In this document: positions 27,191-32,000 of the stretch, piece after piece | How positions within the stretch are numbered: position 1 is the stretch's first letter | Layout: every line of letters begins with the position of its first letter | Assembly: GCF_000011125.1 (NCBI RefSeq) | Contig: NC_000854.2 | Span: 690,001 to 722,000 of the forward strand | Origin: Aeropyrum pernix K1 | GTDB lineage: Archaea > Thermoproteota > Thermoprotei_A > Sulfolobales > Acidilobaceae | Reading direction: 5' to 3' | DNA: 32,000 nucleotides | Made by a program: the position numbers and the translations under genes | Notes under the pieces: generated by a model | Database searches by the model: none | Told to the model about the DNA's origin: nothing | The model's input: only the letters and a program-made list of their open reading frames with translations

Positions 27191-27205
27191 TATAGAATAT
27201 AGTAT
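27191..27205 (+). promoter_or_regulatory. candidate pre-crRNA promoter TATA element
   Basis: TATAGAATATAGTAT lies 43-57 nt upstream of the first repeat, the usual position for crenarchaeal array promoters. Confidence 0.4.
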
Positions 27206-27247
27206 CGGGTGTAGACACTACAACACACCCCAACAAAACCATGTGCA

Positions 27248-28997
27248 GAATCTTCGAGATAGAATTGCAAGAGCATCCGAGGGGCCCCACAATGAGGCTG
27301 GGGAGGGGTAGAATCTTCGAGATAGAATTGCAAGTGGGCCCAGGTCCTGCTGTGACAATAGGTTTCCGTTGCTGTGAATCTTCGAGATAGAATTGCAAGA
27401 TCTATAACATCATCGCGTGCAGCAGGGGGCCAGAGGACTTCGAATCTTCGAGATAGAATTGCAAGGGTCCTGGTCTTGCTCCCCCGCGACTACTGGCAGC
27501 TCTTCCAGGGGAATCTTCGAGATAGAATTGCAAGTGAGCCTAGCCAGCTCGGCCCTGTTACGGGCCTCAACCTCAGAATCTTCGAGATAGAATTGCAAGT
27601 CGCCATGTAGTCGTACATCGCCCTCTTCAGCACGTCAGAATCTTCGAGATAGAATTGCAAGCCGCCGAAGAGGGCCCAGCCTATGATTATTCCGAGGCGA
27701 ATCTTCGAGATAGAATTGCAAGTCTTCATCTACAACTTTTACAAAAAAGCATGGGCTCACGGGGAATCTTCGAGATAGAATTGCAAGTGTGCTAAGAGCC
27801 CCGAGAAATGTGTAGCCTCGGAGGGCCCGAATCTTCGAGATAGAATTGCAAGACGTCGAGGTTAGGGTTATGGTGAACGCCCAGGGGCAATTAGAGTATA
27901 CCGAGAATCTTCGAGATAGAATTGCAAGAAGGCAATACTCAGGATAGACAGGTACGCCAGGCAGGAGGTAGGAATCTTCGAGATAGAATTGCAAGCGACT
28001 GTGGCTATAGCCAGGGCACCGACGACACCGTACTTCGAATCTTCGAGATAGAATTGCAAGCCTCTCCCCCTACACGACAACGAGGAAGACGGGGCCCTGA
28101 ATCTTCGAGATAGAATTGCAAGGCTAAGCAGTGCATACGACACTTCCTTACCCTGCCGATCGAGAATCTCCGAGATAGAATTGCAAGATCGCATAAGGGC
28201 TACAGGAATCCACGTAGAGTTGCTAGGGAAAGAATCTCCGAGATAGAATTGCAAGGCTGTAGAGGGCGGCGTAGTGGAAAGCCCGCCTCCGCCAGAATCT
28301 CCGAGATAGAATTGCAAGACAAACTGGTTTTCATGTATCTGTGTCTCTGTAGCCGTATCAATAGCATGAATCTCCGAGATAGAATTGCAAGCTTTCCCGT
28401 CCACTCCAACGAAATCCACGATAGATAGTATTGGAATCTCCGAGATAGAATTGCAAGGCGGCGCGGCAGTAGGAGGTCTAGCATGACCCCTATGAGGACG
28501 GAATCTCCGAGATAGAATTGCAAGCAGAATTTCTGGGGTTTCAGCTTATAACGGCTGGGCGGCAGAGAATCTCCGAGATAGAATTGCAAGAGCTCGTAGA
28601 GGTCAGACTTGTCCACCCTTAGATCGGCCGCCGAATCTCCGAGATAGAATTGCAAGAAGGCAAAGCCGATTGTCAAGCCCAAGCCCCCGGCAATAAAGAA
28701 GAATCTTCGAGATAGAATTGCAAGTGGGTTAGGTGATGCTGTAAGGATGGTAAGTTGGTTCCTCTTGACTAGAATCTTCGAGATAGAATTGCAAGGGCAA
28801 GAAATAACACCACAGCACCCAGACTTAATATAAAAACTGCAGAATCTTCGAGATAGAATTGCAAGAGCATATTCGCAACTTCCTCAAGCGCTTCCTTCGC
28901 CTCTTTGAATCTTCGAGATAGAATTGCAAGTAGGGTCCTCGTGCTACTGGAACCCACTCCTAGGGAGCTCCGGGAATCTTCGAGATAGAATTGCAAG
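27248..28997 (+). CRISPR. CRISPR array with 27 repeats of 24 nt (GAATCTTCGAGATAGAATTGCAAG) and 26 spacers of 37-52 nt
   Basis: I located the repeats by eye at 27248, 27311, 27376, 27442, 27511, 27576, 27638, 27699, 27764, 27829, 27905, 27972, 28037, 28099, 28164, 28232, 28295, 28368, 28434, 28501, 28567, 28633, 28701, 28772, 28842, 28907 and 28974. All spacers are unique. The strand call rests on the ATTGCAAG 3' end and on the long leader on the left. Confidence 0.97.
28164..28656 (+). repeat. block of 8 consecutive variant CRISPR repeats (R15-R22, GAATCTCCGAGATAGAATTGCAAG, T7C)
   Basis: All eight repeats starting at 28164, 28232, 28295, 28368, 28434, 28501, 28567 and 28633 carry C at repeat position 7. 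The 14 repeats before and the 5 after carry T. Confidence 0.95.
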
Positions 28998-29030
28998 TGG
29001 TTTGTAGGGCTCTTGCGGCTGTGTGGCATA

Positions 29031-29038
29031 TTTTTATA
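29031..29038 (+). promoter_or_regulatory. candidate TATA box for rps3ae
   Basis: TTTTTATA is centred ~24 nt upstream of the GTG at 29058, consistent with a leaderless or near-leaderless transcript. Confidence 0.45.
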
Positions 29039-29057
29039 GCCTCGGCTTGGGCATGTT

Positions 29058-29723
29058 GTGAGGTGGGGATGGCTAGGCTTGGTTAGGGGTGGCATTAGGG
29101 ATACGTGGAGGCTGAAGAAGTGGTTTAAGGTTGTGGCGCCGCCGCTGTTCGGGGAGACTGTGCTGGGGACTACGCCGGCGGATGATCCGGACAAGCTTAT
29201 TGGGAGGGTTATGGAGACTACTCTGTTCGACATCACCGGCGACTATAGCTATGTCCACGTTAAGATGTACTTCCAGGTTGTTAGGGTGGAGGGGGACACG
29301 GCCTACACCCGGTTCAAGGGGCACGAGCTGCTGAGGGACTATATCAGGGGGTTGACGAGGAGGAAGAGCAGCAAGGTCACCGGCATATTCAACGTGTGGA
29401 CCAAGGACGGCTACGGCCTTAGGGTGACGGCGATGGCGTTCACACGGCAGCGCTGCAAGACGAGCCAGAAGAGCGCTATAAGGAAGGTGATGCAGGAGAT
29501 CGTGGAGCAGAAGGCCAGGGAGTCCACGCTGGACGAGCTGATACAGCTCATGGTGTTCAGTGACCACGAGGGCAGCCTGGCCTACCTGATAGACGAGAGC
29601 GCCAGGAAGATATACCCGCTGAGGAAGGTGGAGATTGCGAAGAGCAAGCTACTCTGGGTCCCCGGCCCCAACGGGCCGGAGAAGGCCGTCGTCGTCTCGC
29701 CCCTCCAGCTGAAGGTCACATGA
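29058..29723 (+). CDS. rps3ae: 30S ribosomal protein S3Ae (eS1)
   Basis: RDTWRLKKWFKVVAPPLFGETVLGTTPADDPDKLIGRVMETTLFDITGD... is typical S3Ae. The start is the GTG at 29058, or possibly the TTG at 29079. Confidence 0.9.
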   Translation: MRWGWLGLVRGGIRDTWRLKKWFKVVAPPLFGETVLGTTPADDPDKLIGRVMETTLFDITGDYSYVHVKMYFQVVRVEGDTAYTRFKGHELLRDYIRGLTRRKSSKVTGIFNVWTKDGYGLRVTAMAFTRQRCKTSQKSAIRKVMQEIVEQKARESTLDELIQLMVFSDHEGSLAYLIDESARKIYPLRKVEIAKSKLLWVPGPNGPEKAVVVSPLQLKVT

Positions 29724-30841
29724 AACCCCTGAGGGGGTGCCCCGGCACGGCGGCGGCTGGCGGGGAGGCCCCCTGCCTCCTCGTGAAGACCAGCCTGGGC
29801 TTCGAGAGGATAGCGGCGGCCAGGATCGAGGAGGAGGCGCCCCACCTCAGGGCGAGGCCCATCCCCCGCGGCTTCAAGGGCCTAGTCCTAGTATACGGCT
29901 GCCGAGACCCCGAGGCCGACGCCCGGCTGATCCTAGAGAGGGTTGTGGAGGCCGACAGGGTTCTCGTCGTCCACGCGGTCTCGAGGGCCAGCCTGGAGGA
30001 GATGGCGGCCGCCGCGGCGGAGGCGGCCCGGGGTAGGATAGGGGGTGGCGAGTGCTTCGCCGTCAGGACGACGAGGAGGGGTAGCCACGGCTATACCAGC
30101 GTGGATGTGAACGTCGTCGTGGGTGACGCGGTCAGGAGGGCTACGGGGGCCTGCGTCAACCTGGAGAGCCCCGACAAGGTTGTGGCGGTGGAGATTATCC
30201 AGGACCTCGCCCTCATCTCAATCTACCCCGGCAGCATGGAGTGGAGGAAGATGAGGGGGAAGCACCCAGTCCTCCCCCTCCTCTCCAGGGTTGCCGTCGT
30301 TCAGATGCCCTACCTCGGCCCCCTGGACGCCTGCAGGAACATGGGGGTGAGGATAGGGAGGGAGGTGCAGAACTTCGAGGTGAGGGAGCTCGTTGTGGCC
30401 CCCACGGGGCTGGTGGATGCGAGGCAGCTGGCCGAGTTCCTCCAGGGGGTGTTCGAGGGTGTTGAGAGCAGGTTTGAGGTGCAGAGGAAGAGCTACCACA
30501 GGCGGGCCAGGAGGGTGCCCGTCTACCTCCAGGACCTCCACCAGCTCGTGAGGGATAGGAGGGGCGAGCCGATTATAGTGATGGAGCCTGAGGGGGAGCA
30601 CATATCGAGGGTGGCCGACAGGCTGTGGGAGATGTTCCGGGGGTCGAGGAGGGTTAACGTGCTCGTGGGCAGCAGGGAGGGCATACCCCTGGGCGTATAT
30701 AGGTACGCGGACCTCGTGGTGGATATAGCACCGGGGATAACCCTCTCCACGGACTACGCCGCCGCCAGCGCCCTGGTGGCGATAGCCACGGTCCTCTACG
30801 AGAGGTCCTCCCAGCTGGAGGAGGGTGGTGGGGGTGGCTAG
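29720..30841 (+). CDS. THUMP-domain protein fused to a SPOUT-like methyltransferase domain (putative RNA methyltransferase, substrate unknown)
   Basis: The ATG overlaps the rps3ae stop (ATGA). The N-terminal half has a THUMP-like pattern (CFAVRTTRRGSHGYTSVDVNVVVGDAVRR...VNLESPDKVVAVEIIQDLALISI). The C-terminus (IIVMEPEGEHIS...VNVLVGSREGIPLGVYRYADLVVDIAPGITLSTDYAAASALVAIATVLYE) looks like a SPOUT knot region. Family assignment (AF2226-like THUMP-SPOUT) is from memory. Confidence 0.6.
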   Translation: MKPLRGCPGTAAAGGEAPCLLVKTSLGFERIAAARIEEEAPHLRARPIPRGFKGLVLVYGCRDPEADARLILERVVEADRVLVVHAVSRASLEEMAAAAAEAARGRIGGGECFAVRTTRRGSHGYTSVDVNVVVGDAVRRATGACVNLESPDKVVAVEIIQDLALISIYPGSMEWRKMRGKHPVLPLLSRVAVVQMPYLGPLDACRNMGVRIGREVQNFEVRELVVAPTGLVDARQLAEFLQGVFEGVESRFEVQRKSYHRRARRVPVYLQDLHQLVRDRRGEPIIVMEPEGEHISRVADRLWEMFRGSRRVNVLVGSREGIPLGVYRYADLVVDIAPGITLSTDYAAASALVAIATVLYERSSQLEEGGGGG

Positions 30842-32000
30842 GGGGTTCACAGTCCTCCTCCTATACCCCGGCCCCAGGAGCGTGGCCTACAGCAGCCTCG
30901 CCTTCCACCTGATACGGGGCCTCCTCTCCAGCATGGGGGTTGGTGTTAAGACCGCCTTCCTGGAGGACGGCGTCCTAGAGGCCGGCCAACCCCTCGACCC
31001 CCGGGAGACGAGGGCTGTGCTTGTGAGCCTCCCCTACGAGATCATGTACGCCGACATGGTGAGGGCGCTGGAGCAGCTGGGCCTCAACCCCTGGGCCCGG
31101 GGCCGGGGCGAGGGGGACCCCCTGGTGATCGCGGGGGGGCCAGCGGCGACGGCTAACCCCGCCCCCCTGCTGGACCTGGTGGACGCCGTGCTGGTGGGGG
31201 AGCTGGAGCCTGTGGCTGAGGGGCTTGTGGACGCCCTCCAGGAGCCCACCCGCAGGGGGAGGCTTGAGGCCCTCTCACGCCTCCCCGGAGTCCTCGTCCC
31301 CTCTCTCGAGAACTGGCCCGTGACCAGGGTTTATGTCGAGGACCTCGACGCCGCCTGGTACCCCCTGGACCAGCGTGCCCCCCCGGGTGTTGAGCCGGTT
31401 TGGGGCCGGGGCTTCATTCTGGAGACTAGCCGTGGGTGCGGGAGGGGCTGCAGGTTTTGCATGGAGGGCACGGTCTTCAGGCCAAGGAGGGATAGGAGCC
31501 TCGAGGTCCTCAAGCACCTGCTCCGGGAGGGTGTTAGGGTCAACGGGGCCCAGAGGGTCATATTCTACAGCCTCGTCTTCTTCGACAACAGGGCTAGCGA
31601 CGAGATACTATGGTACGCCGTCGAGGACCTGGGGCTCCAGGCGAGCGTGCCGAGCCTGAGGGCCGAGACACTCACCTGGGAGAGGGCGGGGCTCATAGCC
31701 CGCGGGGGGCAGAGGACTGTGACCATAGCCCCGGAGACCGGCTCCTGCACCATAGCTAGGGCGATACTCAAGCCGATAGGAGGGGATATAACCCTCTGGG
31801 CGGTGGATAACGCCCTAGGCCAGGGCATAACGGGGGTCAAGCTCTACCTCATCACCGGCTTCCCCGGTGAGGGGGAGGAGGACCTCGCCCAGACCAGGGA
31901 CCTAGCTCTCAGGGTGGTTGAGAGGGTTAGGAAGGCCGGGGGGGTGGCGAAGGCCTCGATAAACCCCTTCATGCCCAAGCCCGTAACAGGCATGCAGTGG
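30834..32000 (+). CDS. radical SAM protein with an N-terminal B12-binding-like domain (partial; runs off the right edge)
   Basis: My own translation of the frame opening at the GTG at 30834, which overlaps the upstream TAG: ...FTVLLLYPGPRSVAYSSLAFHL...ILETSRGCGRGCRFCMEG... (the CxxxCxxC radical SAM cluster motif), continuing ...KLYLITGFPGEGEEDL... The frame is open to position 32000. It is not in the ORF track because it is open-ended. Several in-frame GTG codons (30825-30836) could be the start. Confidence 0.75.
   Translation, partial: MARGFTVLLLYPGPRSVAYSSLAFHLIRGLLSSMGVGVKTAFLEDGVLEAGQPLDPRETRAVLVSLPYEIMYADMVRALEQLGLNPWARGRGEGDPLVIAGGPAATANPAPLLDLVDAVLVGELEPVAEGLVDALQEPTRRGRLEALSRLPGVLVPSLENWPVTRVYVEDLDAAWYPLDQRAPPGVEPVWGRGFILETSRGCGRGCRFCMEGTVFRPRRDRSLEVLKHLLREGVRVNGAQRVIFYSLVFFDNRASDEILWYAVEDLGLQASVPSLRAETLTWERAGLIARGGQRTVTIAPETGSCTIARAILKPIGGDITLWAVDNALGQGITGVKLYLITGFPGEGEEDLAQTRDLALRVVERVRKAGGVAKASINPFMPKPVTGMQW

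Larger units (their letters stand above)
26827..27247 (+). promoter_or_regulatory. CRISPR leader region
   Basis: Non-coding stretch between the pcc1 stop and the first repeat. Its first half is AT-rich with several TATATA elements, followed by a GC-rich palindromic island and then a TATA-like element at 27191-27205. Orientation is inferred from the repeat 3' end ATTGCAAG, which resembles the ATTGAAAG crRNA handle. Confidence 0.6.

Noticed and set aside
26938-27195. 85-aa ORF inside the CRISPR leader.
   Set aside because: It spans TATA-like elements and the GC palindromes and has a non-protein-like composition (runs of Gly/Pro from GGGGGCC repeats). It has a non-ATG (TTG) start and I saw no ribosome-binding context.
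26995-29236. A series of 60-180-aa ORFs on both strands across the array (e.g. 27141-27398, 27635-27994, 27868-28419, 28200-28682, 28769-29236 minus strand; 27374-27610 plus strand), with recurring peptides QFYLEDS, AILSRRF, CNSISKI and NLRDRIA.
   Set aside because: The recurring peptides are just the 24-nt CRISPR repeat translated in different frames. The ORFs exist only because the repeat and most spacers lack stop codons in those frames.
1-32000. I scanned for tRNA, rRNA, C/D-box sRNA, transposase/integrase genes and att-like flanking repeats.
   Set aside because: I found no T-loop consensus (GGTTCRAATCC) outside spacer/repeat junctions and no rRNA-like stretches. I found no convincing C (RUGAUGA) plus D (CUGA) box pairs in the intergenic regions, and no recombinase-like ORF. 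This was a scan by eye and may have missed short sRNAs inside genes.

Overview
This is a GC-rich, strongly GC3-biased 32-kb window with a crenarchaeal gene set. The DNA ligase, the ribosomal-protein clusters and the CRISPR repeat look like Aeropyrum pernix or a close Desulfurococcales relative; that identification is from memory and I could not verify it. The window is almost entirely densely packed housekeeping genes, many with overlapping start and stop codons. On the minus strand, 1-5335 carries pfdA, rplX, eif6, rpl31e, rpl39e, a PDCD5-like gene, rps19e, a YhbY-like gene, rnp4 and lig. Next come a NOL1/NOP2 m5C methyltransferase, a Nob1-like PIN protein, NAD kinase, a Trm5/Taw2 methyltransferase, FBP aldolase/phosphatase, MetAP, a UPF0173 hydrolase, ABCE1, a DUF1512-like gene pair, MetRS, rps24e, rps27ae, kae1, bud32, a HAM1 NTPase and rps15. 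These are followed by an aspartate kinase-asd-hom operon, a degenerate RecJ/Cdc45-like protein and pcc1. The only accessory-type locus is a 27-repeat CRISPR array (27248-28997) with a ~420-nt leader. It sits between pcc1 and rps3ae, and no cas gene occurs anywhere in the window. After it come rps3ae, a THUMP-SPOUT protein and a radical SAM protein (open at the right edge). I found no tRNA, rRNA, transposase or integrase. I do not see a convincing new multi-gene system. The most unusual signals are the internal structure of the CRISPR array (an 8-repeat variant block), its modular leader, a structured 300-nt intergenic region next to lig, and a few uncharacterised genes or gene pairs. Many long alternate-frame and antisense ORFs in the track are GC-composition artefacts.
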